This document shows, piece by piece, positions 10,153 through 18,310 of a stretch of 32,000 bases of DNA. Each line of letters starts with the position of its first letter. Position 1 is the first letter of the stretch. The position numbers were made by a program, and so were the translations under genes. This DNA is from Candidatus Lokiarchaeum ossiferum. GTDB lineage: Archaea > Asgardarchaeota > Lokiarchaeia > Sigyniarchaeales > Promethearchaeaceae. The notes under the pieces were generated by a model. That model searched no databases. It saw only the letters and a list, made by a program, of their open reading frames with translations, and was not told where the DNA came from. The DNA lies in assembly GCA_025839675.1 (NCBI GenBank), contig CP104013.1:1260001-1292000 (forward strand). Reading direction: 5' to 3'.

Positions 10153-10349
10153 AATCATTAACATGAGGAGAACATAGATTTTTCTTATTAGTACTAAATC
10201 AGGACATAATTCAGTGCTACTACTATATGACTATAGCAAACGAGGAGACCAAAGGTAATCTGCTCATAAAAATCCGAATAATTTCTTTTCGATTTGAAAA
10301 AAAAATAGATATCGTTAAGTTCAAATAATGCAAGCTTATCATTTTCAGG
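10153..10349 (-). pseudogene. Decayed copy of the 5' end of the serine-hydrolase gene plus its upstream intergenic DNA (source 20007-20213)
   Basis: Collinear by-eye alignment: aatcattaacatgaggagaaca..ttttcttattagtactaaatcaggacataattcagtgctactactatatgactatagcaaacgaggagaccaaaggtaatctgctcataaaaatccgaataa...ttaagttcaaataatgca versus aatcatgaaaaataggagaacaga..tttttttatgtgttataatccttgacatatatcagtgccaataatatgggactataattaaagaggagtccatcggttatctgttcataaaaatgtgaataa...ttaagttcaagcaatgca. The copy reads ATG TCC TGA, a stop at codon 3 (10199-10207, minus strand). Confidence 0.75.
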
Positions 10350-10391
10350 AAAAAGCATTAAACCAAAAAACTTGTTTATTTTCTTGCTTAT

Positions 10392-11267
10392 TCATGGTTT
10401 TTTAAAATTAATTGTGATAATTCCTTTGTTGCTGTGATGATCTACAATTTCAAATCCAACTTCTTGCAGTTTTCCAATTGTATTTTCTTCGACTATACCC
10501 ATCTTAGAATGGAAAGGGATCATATCTAACAAACCTTCTTCAAAGATTGTTAAGGGTCTATCCGGTTGCAATAGATCCGTGATTAGTCCCACCCCATTAG
10601 ATTTTAAAACACGAAACATCTCTGAATATATCCAGCTCGTATCATCTTCATGCAATGTAAAATATACCAGTGCCTTATCAATGGAACTTGTAGGAAGTTC
10701 TGTCTCCTTGGATTTGATATGATTTTTAGGTTTTAATTGGAGAACAGTCATTACCGATTCTAGGTCTTCCGATTCTATACGATTTTGTGCCAATTGAAAT
10801 TCATTAGAGGTATTGCTGGTAATGATATATCGCCCTAGAGGCTTTAGATGGGTTGCCAATCCAAAGCGCACCCATTCAAAGTATGGTTTTGAAAAGTCCA
10901 TGATAGTGGGAGAAGTGCTTGGGTCTAAAAACACAAGTAAATCTTCGAAGAAAAGCGGATATTTTGCCATCATTTGATATTCAAGAATAATCATTAGATC
11001 CTGAAAAATATTAAGAATTATTTGCTTCCCTTTTGAAGTGAGGGTGTACATTTTTCGATTTGCACCCCTTTTTTGGTGGATTCTTTGTGAGAGATAACCT
11101 TGAGTAGTAAGAGAGTTCAGAGTGGGATATAGTTGCCCCGGACTGATCTTACTATTTATAATTTCAAGCGATTTCATAATCTCAAGGCCATACATTTCCC
11201 GATCCCAGAGCCAAACACAAATTTTCCGTTCTACCCAGTTTAAATCAACTTTTTTTCGTTTCTTCAT
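10392..11267 (-). CDS. PadR-like winged-helix regulator fused to a methyltransferase-fold domain lacking the glycine-rich SAM loop
   Basis: The N-terminus MYGLEIMKSLEIINSKISPGQLYPTLNSLTTQGYLSQRIHQKRGANRKMYTLTSKGKQ fits the PadR pattern (GYEI....S.G.LYP.L..LE..G......R.K.Y.LT..G). The C-terminal half DKALVYFTLHEDDTSWIYSEMFRVLKSNGVGLITDL ... LQEVGFEIV fits class I MTase motifs. Where motif I (GxGxG) should lie, the sequence is RYIITSNTSNEF. The track starts at GTG 11276; ATG 11267 (MKKRKK) is preferred. Confidence 0.85.
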   Translation of the reverse strand: MKKRKKVDLNWVERKICVWLWDREMYGLEIMKSLEIINSKISPGQLYPTLNSLTTQGYLSQRIHQKRGANRKMYTLTSKGKQIILNIFQDLMIILEYQMMAKYPLFFEDLLVFLDPSTSPTIMDFSKPYFEWVRFGLATHLKPLGRYIITSNTSNEFQLAQNRIESEDLESVMTVLQLKPKNHIKSKETELPTSSIDKALVYFTLHEDDTSWIYSEMFRVLKSNGVGLITDLLQPDRPLTIFEEGLLDMIPFHSKMGIVEENTIGKLQEVGFEIVDHHSNKGIITINFKKP

Positions 11268-11371
11268 ATATATCACTTTTCTAGAAATATCTGATTCATA
11301 TTTTACAAATTTATTATATAATTATATCATGAATTTGATATATTATAACCTTATGTTTAACACAGGAAATA
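11268..11371. promoter_or_regulatory. Divergent promoter/operator region between the PadR-fusion gene and the alpha/beta hydrolase gene
   Basis: Perfect palindromes TTTCTAGAAA (11278-11287) and ATATAATTATAT (11316-11327) lie in a 104-bp spacer. AT-rich DNA produces such palindromes by chance, so this is tentative. Confidence 0.3.
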
Positions 11372-12547
11372 GTGAATAAATTGAATTTAATCAAACTGAT
11401 ATTAACAAAAATGCCTGAAAAATGGCAAAAGAAGATTACTGTAAAGCTTATCAGTTCAGGTAAAATCTTTACAACACCGATATGGAAAATGTTATTTCAA
11501 ACACTATCATTTTATGGGGGCGATGAGATGAAAATCCGAAGGGCTTTAATTCAAGAACATGAAGATATCGAATCCATTGTATGCAAATTGGATCAACTCG
11601 CAAAGGAAACACTTCAGACAGCCAATAAGGAGAACGATAACTCGAGTATAGCATCACAAAATAATCCAGAAACACTTTATTTAGAAGCAGCGTTGTATTA
11701 CGCCGTAACATTCTTTTTCATTTCGGACGAAAAACGAACTCGCCAAATATTTGCTAAGGCATCGGTTTGCTTCGACAAATTCCGAAGTATAACAACCCCC
11801 CAAGTTCAAAAATGGGAATTTCCTTACAGAAATGGCAAATTCTTTGCACATACATATATACCAAACGGCGAAGGTCCGTTTGGAGTAATTATTATGTACC
11901 CTGGTAATGAGGGGATAAAAGAACACATGGCCACATATGCAACATACGCAAAAGCTCGAAACCTCGCCACTATAGCCATTGATCCTCCAGGTTGGGGTGA
12001 AAGTGGTTTTTCGGGATGTAAATTCACAGAATTAGAAGACTATAAAAAATGTACACTTCAAATTTTAGAAAAGATAAAACACCACCCGAAACTGGATTAC
12101 AATCACGTGGGGAGTTTTGGTGTGAGTGGAGGCTCACTAACATCAATCATTGTTGCAGGATTTTTGAATCAAATTCAAGCCGCTGCGGGAATTGGAGCAC
12201 CAGATTATAAAACAATGGTTAATGTATGGAAAAATGCCTTAGCAGAACAGAAACGGCAGACCTACACGTGGACAGGTTTAACTAAAAAGAAAGATGCAAT
12301 TAAATTCCTTCAAAAATATGCTGAGGATACCGATCCTCTGTTAGACCATGTTTCATGTCCAGTATTATTGATTCATGGTGAAAATGACTATATTACTAAA
12401 GCGATAAAAGGTAAAGATATAACAGACAGGATCGGCTCTCATGCCACCCATCGTATAATCCCAAATGACGATCACCTCTGTTCCAATTCGATCGGGAAGG
12501 GATTAGCTGATGAAATTTTTGATTGGTTTGCAAAAAAATTAGTATAA
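11372..12547 (+). CDS. Alpha/beta hydrolase (FrsA/dienelactone-hydrolase-like esterase) with N-terminal helical domain
   Basis: The nucleophile elbow is GVSGGS (G-x-S-x-G). The strand before the oxyanion region is GVIIMYPGNEG. LLIHGENDY and NDDHLC supply the Asp and His. The track start is GTG 11372; the alternative is ATG 11411 (MPEKWQKK). Confidence 0.9.
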   Translation: MNKLNLIKLILTKMPEKWQKKITVKLISSGKIFTTPIWKMLFQTLSFYGGDEMKIRRALIQEHEDIESIVCKLDQLAKETLQTANKENDNSSIASQNNPETLYLEAALYYAVTFFFISDEKRTRQIFAKASVCFDKFRSITTPQVQKWEFPYRNGKFFAHTYIPNGEGPFGVIIMYPGNEGIKEHMATYATYAKARNLATIAIDPPGWGESGFSGCKFTELEDYKKCTLQILEKIKHHPKLDYNHVGSFGVSGGSLTSIIVAGFLNQIQAAAGIGAPDYKTMVNVWKNALAEQKRQTYTWTGLTKKKDAIKFLQKYAEDTDPLLDHVSCPVLLIHGENDYITKAIKGKDITDRIGSHATHRIIPNDDHLCSNSIGKGLADEIFDWFAKKLV

Positions 12548-12562
12548 TAAATTCTCTCTTTC

Positions 12563-12574
12563 TTTTTTTTTTTT
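12563..12574 (+). terminator. T12 tract 16 nt after the hydrolase stop codon
   Basis: The sequence reads tctttttttttttt directly downstream of TAA 12545-12547. Confidence 0.5.
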
Positions 12575-12659
12575 GCTCTACAATTTGCCTCCTTCAAGTA
12601 GCATCATTTCAAAATTCAAGTAAAAATCCTTACGCAATAGAAATGAGATTGACAATTAG

Positions 12660-12920
12660 GGTAATTTTGGGTATGAAATAGCAACATCACTTTCATCAAT
12701 GATATATATCCCTACGCAAAATCGATCAATTAATTAATCACTCGTGAGGGAGAAGTTCTGATAAAATTTCTATATAAAATCTGATGAATTTCCAGAAAAC
12801 GTAAATTGTCTGTCAAAACACATGATCTAAATCCTTGAATTTCTTATTTCATATCGTGAAAAGAAAGATTTCTTAATCATACTAATGGATAATTTATTTC
12901 AACCATCCATTTTCCAGTAA
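12660..12920 (-). pseudogene. Decayed copy of the 3' two thirds of the HxlR regulator gene (source about 8860-9116)
   Basis: Collinear similarity. For example, tcaatgatatatatccctacgcaaaatcgatcaattaattaatcactcgtgagggagaagtt versus tcaatgaaacgtaaccccatccaaaatttgtcaacgtgtaatttactcgcacgggagaagtt. Also atccttgaatttctt and accatccattttccagtaa are shared. No open frame remains. Confidence 0.8.
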
Positions 12921-12924
12921 TTTT

Positions 12925-13304
12925 TTACCACAGAAAATTTCCCACAGTTGGATTGAAGTTCATCTAGGGGGTAAATGGATAGCTATTGATTCTTATATCA
13001 ACGATTTTGATTACTAAGTTGCAAAAAAAAAATAAGGGAGCAAAACTGGAAAACCGGATATTCTATTTCTAACGAAAAGGAAGAGTCTTCGGTAGATTTG
13101 AATTTCAAAAGTGTATAATTTGTTCAAATGGATGTAGTTTCAGATAATCATGGCCTTTGAGATTCACCCGAAGCATATTATCAATCAAAATTTGATCAAA
13201 ACCGTCCGAGCAAAGTCAAATTGGCAATTTATAGAATCTTAATCCGAAAAGTAAATCAGAGAGTTAAAAAAATGCGACAATCTATATTTATATCAATGGT
13301 ATAA
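12925..13304 (+). pseudogene. Decayed copy of the C-terminal half of the transglutaminase-like gene (source 9727-10110)
   Basis: It reads ..PQKISHSWIEVHLGGKWIAIDSYINDFDY* against the intact LPQQLSHSWIEVQLDGKWIAIDSYINDFDYY. In-frame TAA at 13015-13017 replaces TAT. TGA at 13158-13160 replaces the TGG of HGLW. There are also frameshifts. The copy ends at a matching stop position (13302-13304). Confidence 0.85.
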
Positions 13305-13565
13305 TATTCAAGGATGTTCAAATTTCGTTACTTCTTTTTTTGAGTATTTAGAAATAAAAATACGAACATTGAAAGGCTAATTGCAGCCCATGAGTAACCA
13401 GAGATCGCGCAAAAATTGTAGCCTCTAACCCTTTTAATATTACAAATTTATCATCTTCTTGTTTTTCTAAGGCAATATCATCATCAACGTCCTTTTTTCA
13501 AGATAAGGAGATGTATTTAAAAAGACAGTGTAGATCTTCTTAGGTTATAAGAAATTAAGTGAATT

Positions 13566-15257
13566 ATGAATCCTTCTGATTTCTTCAATACTTCGAAAAC
13601 ATGGAAATCTTATCAGGAGAAAGAAATTGAGACTGCATTATTAGAAGTAAAAAAAGAGACTTCTACCCCCTTGATGAAATTGATTGAAGAATTTTTAATT
13701 TTGGATCAAACTATTTACAAAATGCAAAATTATACGCTCGCAAAAGAACTATCTTCAAAATTGTTGGCGAGAGTATCTGAAAAAGAAAATCCGATTCTAT
13801 TCGCACATACTCTCTTGGTAGATGGAGAAATTGAACGATTTACAGGCCAATTAGTTTCAGCAAAAGAAAAAATAGAAAAATCGAAAACCATTTTTGAAAA
13901 TCAGAGTGATTCGTACGAGTTTGGAACATTACTTGCGAATAGAAAACTTACAACAGTTTATTATAATCTGGGTGATTATAAAACAGCAAAAAAATATTGC
14001 AAAACAGGATTAAACTTAATTTCCAATAAGAAAAAGTATGTTATCATTTACCTCGAATTATTGAATAATCTGGCGATAATTTCTCAAGATCAAGGACACA
14101 TGCAAAAATCGTTGAAAATTTTGGATGAAGCATTCAATCTAGCGAATCAAGAACAAAAGTTTCGCATTGCAACAATATTGGCAAATAATTTGGCCGATCT
14201 TACAATAAAATTAGGAGAATACAAAAAAGCGAAGAAATATCTTGCTATTGGTATGGAAAATGCAAAAAAACGAGATTATAAAGAATCGATATGCTATTTA
14301 TATGAAAACTCAAGTATCCTATATTCCTATCAAGGAAAATTTAAAGAAGCGGAAAAATATTTTGATCTGGGAATAAGTCTCTCAAAAAAATATGCGAAAT
14401 TTTTACACCCCATGTTCTTATCGTCACAAGCTATGCATTATCGAAGGAAAGGAAATTATGCGGAAGCAATTAAAATATTTAGAAAATCAATCTCATCATA
14501 TTGTGAAAATAATATCGAAAACATGTATTATATCCAAACCCTTTGCAGTTTTGCAGATTTATTAGGAATAGTAAAAAAATATGAAGAGGCCTATGCAAAT
14601 TTAGCTAAGGCGAAATCTTTGGCTCGAAAAAAAGAAGCATTAGGAGATAAATTATTAATTGATTTAGTATTTGCAAGAATTCAATTGATAAAGGGAGATT
14701 TTATTAGTGCGAATTATTTGCTTGCTGATGTTATTGACCAATGTAATGAAGAAATTGACTATCACTTCATTGTGGAATGTAAATTATCTCAGGTGGAGGG
14801 TCATATTCTGCACTACCAAAATTCCCAAAAGGTAGGTTCAATCCAATCTGCGAAAGAAATTTTAGACGAAATCATTTTAATGGGGGAAAAAAAACATCTG
14901 CTCCCCGATTTAATTCACGCCAAATTCCTCCAAGCAGTTTTAATGGCAACTAATCCAGAAAATACAAAAAATGCTGTAAAAGAGTTAAAATCAACAATTT
15001 ATTCTGCAAAATCTAGTGGAATAACAAAGTATGAACGATTTGGAGAAATAATTGTAGAAGATCTTGAACGAAAAGAATATAATGACAGAGAACTCATGGA
15101 TCTATTTATGAATCACTTTAATTCTATGAGCTATCGAACAACATTATCTAATGAAGAAAAAAAATTCATCAATCAAATCGGTATGATTCTTATCTCACAA
15201 TCTGACTATGGTCCAGAAATATCTAAAAGCCATAATAGACCAGAAGAATTTAGATGA
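13566..15257 (+). CDS. Tetratricopeptide (TPR) repeat protein, 563 aa
   Basis: Recurrent 34-residue TPR signatures are present: YNLGDYKTAKKYCKTGLNL, LGEYKKAKKYLAIGMENA, QGKFKEAEKYFDLGISLS, KGNYAEAIKIFRKSI. There is no signal peptide. Confidence 0.9.
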   Translation: MNPSDFFNTSKTWKSYQEKEIETALLEVKKETSTPLMKLIEEFLILDQTIYKMQNYTLAKELSSKLLARVSEKENPILFAHTLLVDGEIERFTGQLVSAKEKIEKSKTIFENQSDSYEFGTLLANRKLTTVYYNLGDYKTAKKYCKTGLNLISNKKKYVIIYLELLNNLAIISQDQGHMQKSLKILDEAFNLANQEQKFRIATILANNLADLTIKLGEYKKAKKYLAIGMENAKKRDYKESICYLYENSSILYSYQGKFKEAEKYFDLGISLSKKYAKFLHPMFLSSQAMHYRRKGNYAEAIKIFRKSISSYCENNIENMYYIQTLCSFADLLGIVKKYEEAYANLAKAKSLARKKEALGDKLLIDLVFARIQLIKGDFISANYLLADVIDQCNEEIDYHFIVECKLSQVEGHILHYQNSQKVGSIQSAKEILDEIILMGEKKHLLPDLIHAKFLQAVLMATNPENTKNAVKELKSTIYSAKSSGITKYERFGEIIVEDLERKEYNDRELMDLFMNHFNSMSYRTTLSNEEKKFINQIGMILISQSDYGPEISKSHNRPEEFR

Positions 15258-15267
15258 AGTAAAAGGG

Positions 15268-15621
15268 ATGAAAGTTGCGATTTCAATTTCAGTTTCTGTC
15301 GGACAAGGCCAGGAATATCATAAAGGATTATTTGGCCCACTACCAACAGCATTACCATCCAATTCGCTTGCATTTATCTACTCCCTGATATTAACGGATG
15401 ACGAAAGTCAAGATAAAAGATTAAATGAAGCCAATTTAGCTCTGGTCACCTTATTAATTCCCGAGGAAATCATTAAATTTTTCAATGACAGAATTCTCCT
15501 TGAATCTATGTTTGATCAGCAATTCAGCCATATAAAAAAAATGGCTGAAATCACTGAAAAATTCTTAGAACGCTTTCTAAGCAAAATTAAACAACGAATC
15601 ATCCCTATTGTGCCAGAATGA
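15268..15621 (+). CDS. Hypothetical 117-aa protein; possibly the frame-shifted C-terminal domain of the TPR protein
   Basis: The track ORF 15208-15621 overlaps the TPR ORF by 50 nt in the +1 frame. The first ATG after the TPR stop is 15268 (MKVAISISV...). The sequence is GLFGPLPTALPSNSLAFIYSLILTDDESQDKRLNEANLALVTLLIPEEIIKFF. Confidence 0.6.
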   Translation: MKVAISISVSVGQGQEYHKGLFGPLPTALPSNSLAFIYSLILTDDESQDKRLNEANLALVTLLIPEEIIKFFNDRILLESMFDQQFSHIKKMAEITEKFLERFLSKIKQRIIPIVPE

Positions 15622-16045
15622 AAGCGGAATTTTTTAAATTTATACATAAATATCACTTTTTTCTCTTTTAGCATCAATCTCCTTTGCTTTTCATTGATTT
15701 AAAGAATAGGATCGGCAGTTCAATAGATATGAAGGAACAAAGAAGATAACTCCACAAAAGATCTTGCATCATTATCTCCCAACTGTCTTCATTATTGTCG
15801 GAGAATTTCATCTTCTCAATAACTATATATGAGTTTTGAAACGCTAGTTTCAAAACTTGTTTCACAAAATCGAGTATTCCTAAAAATATTTATTTAAGAC
15901 ATTATCAACCAATATTTCCTTATAGCTTATAGATGAGAATATACGAATTGGTGGAGAGATATCAATCATATTAATATCATCATTTCGTTTTGGTTAAATC
16001 AGGAAAATATGGCCAAAAATAAAAAAAAATCATAACCTTATAGAC

Positions 16046-16058
16046 AAAAAAAAAAAAA
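16046..16058 (-). terminator. T13 tract (minus strand) 9 nt after the metalloprotease stop codon
   Basis: A13 on the plus strand lies immediately below the TAA at 16067-16069. A second A9 run sits at 16021-16029. Confidence 0.45.
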
Positions 16059-16066
16059 CCGAGAGA

Positions 16067-16849
16067 TTAGATATACATATATTCATGTTCCCAATTATTC
16101 ACAGCTTGCTCTACAATAGCATTTCTACAAGAAGAGCAAAGACCATAATATTGATTTGCTAGATCTGAATAATCCATTGAACAGGCGTGAAATACTCCAT
16201 CAATAGACATATCCTCATCTACATGCCCATTATCTCCCTCTCGTAATTGTCCCAATTCATGGGCTAATTCATGAAGGGTGAGGATATCATCTCGATGATT
16301 GGGCCAATCAATCTGTATTCCAAAGTCAATATATTTTCCTGATGGTTTGTAAGAAACAAGACAACCATATGGAGTTGAATCGGTATTTGCAATCCCATTA
16401 CATTTATATAAACCAGTTGTAAATCCAATCACTACGCTACCGTCCTTAGTTCCATGATCAAGACCCGCTCGATACATATCACCGGTTAAATCATGTATCA
16501 TATCCCATTTGTCCGTCCTCTTATGATAAGGCATTCCAATCGCAGTCCTTCGAGTTGGTACATCACTTGTATCCCAAGTTCTCCCATGATCCACAACCTT
16601 GAACTTAATGCGTTCATAGTAGTTGACATAACCAATTTTACTTTCTAAGTATTGAACCGCTTTTTCTACATTAGGTTTGGCTTTACTGGCATCTTCATTA
16701 CTTTGAAGGTCAGTATAGATATGAATCGTAGCATAGTACACTTTTATTTTATTCTTCACCATTCCCGGTTCCCTTGCCATTGCAAACATAAATGAATTCA
16801 AACAAATAAGCACACAAAAAGATACTATTAGTGTTTTTTTTTGTGACAT
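16067..16849 (-). CDS. Secreted zinc metalloprotease (HExxH zincin, metzincin-like)
   Basis: The signal peptide is MSQKKTLIVSFCVLICLNSFMFAMA. The zinc site is LTLHELAHELGQLREGDNGH (HExxHxxG). A possible Met-turn is ACSMDY. Confidence 0.8.
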   Translation of the reverse strand: MSQKKTLIVSFCVLICLNSFMFAMAREPGMVKNKIKVYYATIHIYTDLQSNEDASKAKPNVEKAVQYLESKIGYVNYYERIKFKVVDHGRTWDTSDVPTRRTAIGMPYHKRTDKWDMIHDLTGDMYRAGLDHGTKDGSVVIGFTTGLYKCNGIANTDSTPYGCLVSYKPSGKYIDFGIQIDWPNHRDDILTLHELAHELGQLREGDNGHVDEDMSIDGVFHACSMDYSDLANQYYGLCSSCRNAIVEQAVNNWEHEYMYI

Positions 16850-16895
16850 TTTTTTTTACCTTCTTCTTTCACTTTTTTCTGCCAGACCAATATTC

Positions 16896-17729
16896 TTATC
16901 GAGGATCTATTACTTGACCACTAGTTCCTAAGTAAAAATTACTATCTGAACCGAAGCTAGAACCGACCCATCTTTGCGGGGTTTGAGGAATACTCATAGG
17001 ATCTACAATTTTTAATAGATCGTCGTCAGCATTTGGATCAAAAACATAATCTACATATTTTTCACGAATAAAATCATCGCTATAATCATGCAGCTCTTTA
17101 AGAGAAATTAATCCATTATTGTTTGTATCTACATCATGCCCATCTAAATCAAAATCTAAACCACTATAAATTCCCCATGTCCACAAAGAATGTGAATAAT
17201 ATGAGAAAGCAATTTGATTATACGCGCAAGAAGTATAGATTGCACGGTTTTGATTATCATTAAGATTATCAATGAACGACCCTGAATGACAAGGTCCTAA
17301 GAAGATGATCATTTTTTCACAACTAATCGCATCTAAAGCATTATCTAATTGGTTTGCGTAAAGTACTTCTGTATTGACAGCAAACCGATCAATATTTCCA
17401 TGACCAGCCCAAAAAATAACCACTTGATCATAAGAACGAGTATTTGCAATTGTATTAATCATTGTCAAGATTTTGGCCACGCTGAACCCAGGTGTGGATG
17501 GACCAATGGAATAAATGTTACTAAATCCATATTCTTCTCGCAATGTTTTCGACATTTCAAATGTATCCCGTAGAAATCGTTTATCACTGTTACCTTGGAC
17601 AATCAGTGCAACATTTCTATCGGAAGAACTAGAAGCAGCGCTTGCTTTCGAAATAGCATTGGAAATAACAGATCCGCCGAACATAAGGATCATAAATGCT
17701 AGAAAAACAACTCTTTTTGACTTTTTCAT
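16896..17729 (-). CDS. Secreted clan CD cysteine peptidase, C13 (legumain/GPI8)-like, with a C-terminal EF-hand-type calcium loop
   Basis: The signal peptide is KKSKRVVFLAFMILMFGGSVISNAISKASA. The catalytic dyad contexts are QVVIFWAGHGN and KMIIFLGPCHSGSF (compare legumain ..DHG.. and ..ACESGS..). DVDTNNNGLISLKE fits the 12-residue EF-hand loop (D1 N3 N5 G6 I8 E12). ATG 17729 is preferred over the track GTG 17738. It sits 46 nt upstream of the zincin gene with no T-run between them. Confidence 0.85.
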   Translation of the reverse strand: MKKSKRVVFLAFMILMFGGSVISNAISKASAASSSSDRNVALIVQGNSDKRFLRDTFEMSKTLREEYGFSNIYSIGPSTPGFSVAKILTMINTIANTRSYDQVVIFWAGHGNIDRFAVNTEVLYANQLDNALDAISCEKMIIFLGPCHSGSFIDNLNDNQNRAIYTSCAYNQIAFSYYSHSLWTWGIYSGLDFDLDGHDVDTNNNGLISLKELHDYSDDFIREKYVDYVFDPNADDDLLKIVDPMSIPQTPQRWVGSSFGSDSNFYLGTSGQVIDPR

Positions 17730-18154
17730 TTTTATCACTTGATTTTTTCGAATTATTCCTTGTCATTATTTGGAATAACTCTATATTCTTGGTCTTCATC
17801 CAAATATATAAATACATTTGATGAAAACTACACAAAAATGCCAAATGATGTATTATTTTTACCAGAGTGGTATTTTTGGTACATTTTTTCAAATGATATC
17901 CTTCAAAAAAGCTAATCTTTTGGAAGGTCAAGATTTCAATGAGTGTGAAGGGTTGTGATAGTGATTCCCTTTATTCTGAATTAGTGGGACATCAACGTTC
18001 AGTGTTTAGGCTATCACCATCTTGATTTGGAGATTGTACCATTTCCCACCTTGAAGCGGTTGGATTTTGTCAAAAGAATCAGTCTTGTTTTAACATGTAT
18101 TAGTAGTGGGTTTTTTCTGCTTACGCTGTTGTAATACTTAAAATTTTCAAATTT

Positions 18155-18310
18155 CAAATGAAAAAAAATAGATTTTAAAGAACTTATGTGCTATTTATAC
18201 GATAACTCAAGTATCTTACATTCCTATCAGAGAAATTTTGAAGAAGCAGAAAATAATTTTGATCTGGGAAAGGAACTCTTAAAAAAATATTCTTTATTTT
18301 TGCCGAAAGA
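18155..18310 (+). pseudogene. Fragment copy of the TPR gene (source about 14255-14415)
   Basis: tgctatttatacgataactcaagtatcttacattcctatcagagaaattttgaagaagcagaaaataattttgatctggga aligns with tgctatttatatgaaaactcaagtatcctatattcctatcaaggaaaatttaaagaagcggaaaaatattttgatctggga. The peptide CYLYDNSSILHSYQRNFEEAENNFDLGKELLKKY aligns with CYLYENSSILYSYQGKFKEAEKYFDLGISLSKKY. This explains track ORFs 18186-18392 (+) and 18184-18447 (-). Confidence 0.75.

Noticed and set aside
11122-12027. ORFs 11122-11379 (+), 11469-11711, 11681-11926 and 11824-12027 (-)
   Set aside because: They overlap the PadR-fusion or alpha/beta hydrolase genes in other frames or on the other strand, with no motifs.
12781-12860. 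ctgatga (a C-box-like motif), considered as a C/D box sRNA
   Set aside because: No properly spaced D box (ctga) or C'/D' elements are present. The region is explained by the hxlR pseudogene.
15674-15865. 63-aa minus-strand ORF in the 445-bp spacer after the TPR locus
   Set aside because: It is short, has no recognisable features or start context, and its sequence is AT-biased. It is kept as unannotated spacer.
17349-17931. ORFs 17349-17573 (+), 17515-17742 (+) and 17629-17931 (-)
   Set aside because: The first two lie antisense within the C13 peptidase gene. The third overlaps its 5' end out of frame and runs into AT-rich upstream DNA.
17941-18140. Relatively GC-richer spacer upstream of the C13 gene. 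It shows scattered short matches (attgtac, agcggt, acatgt.t.agta) to 30980-31090. I considered a repeat family or an ncRNA.
   Set aside because: The alignment needs many large gaps and I cannot fold a convincing structure by eye. It needs a computational self-comparison before any claim.
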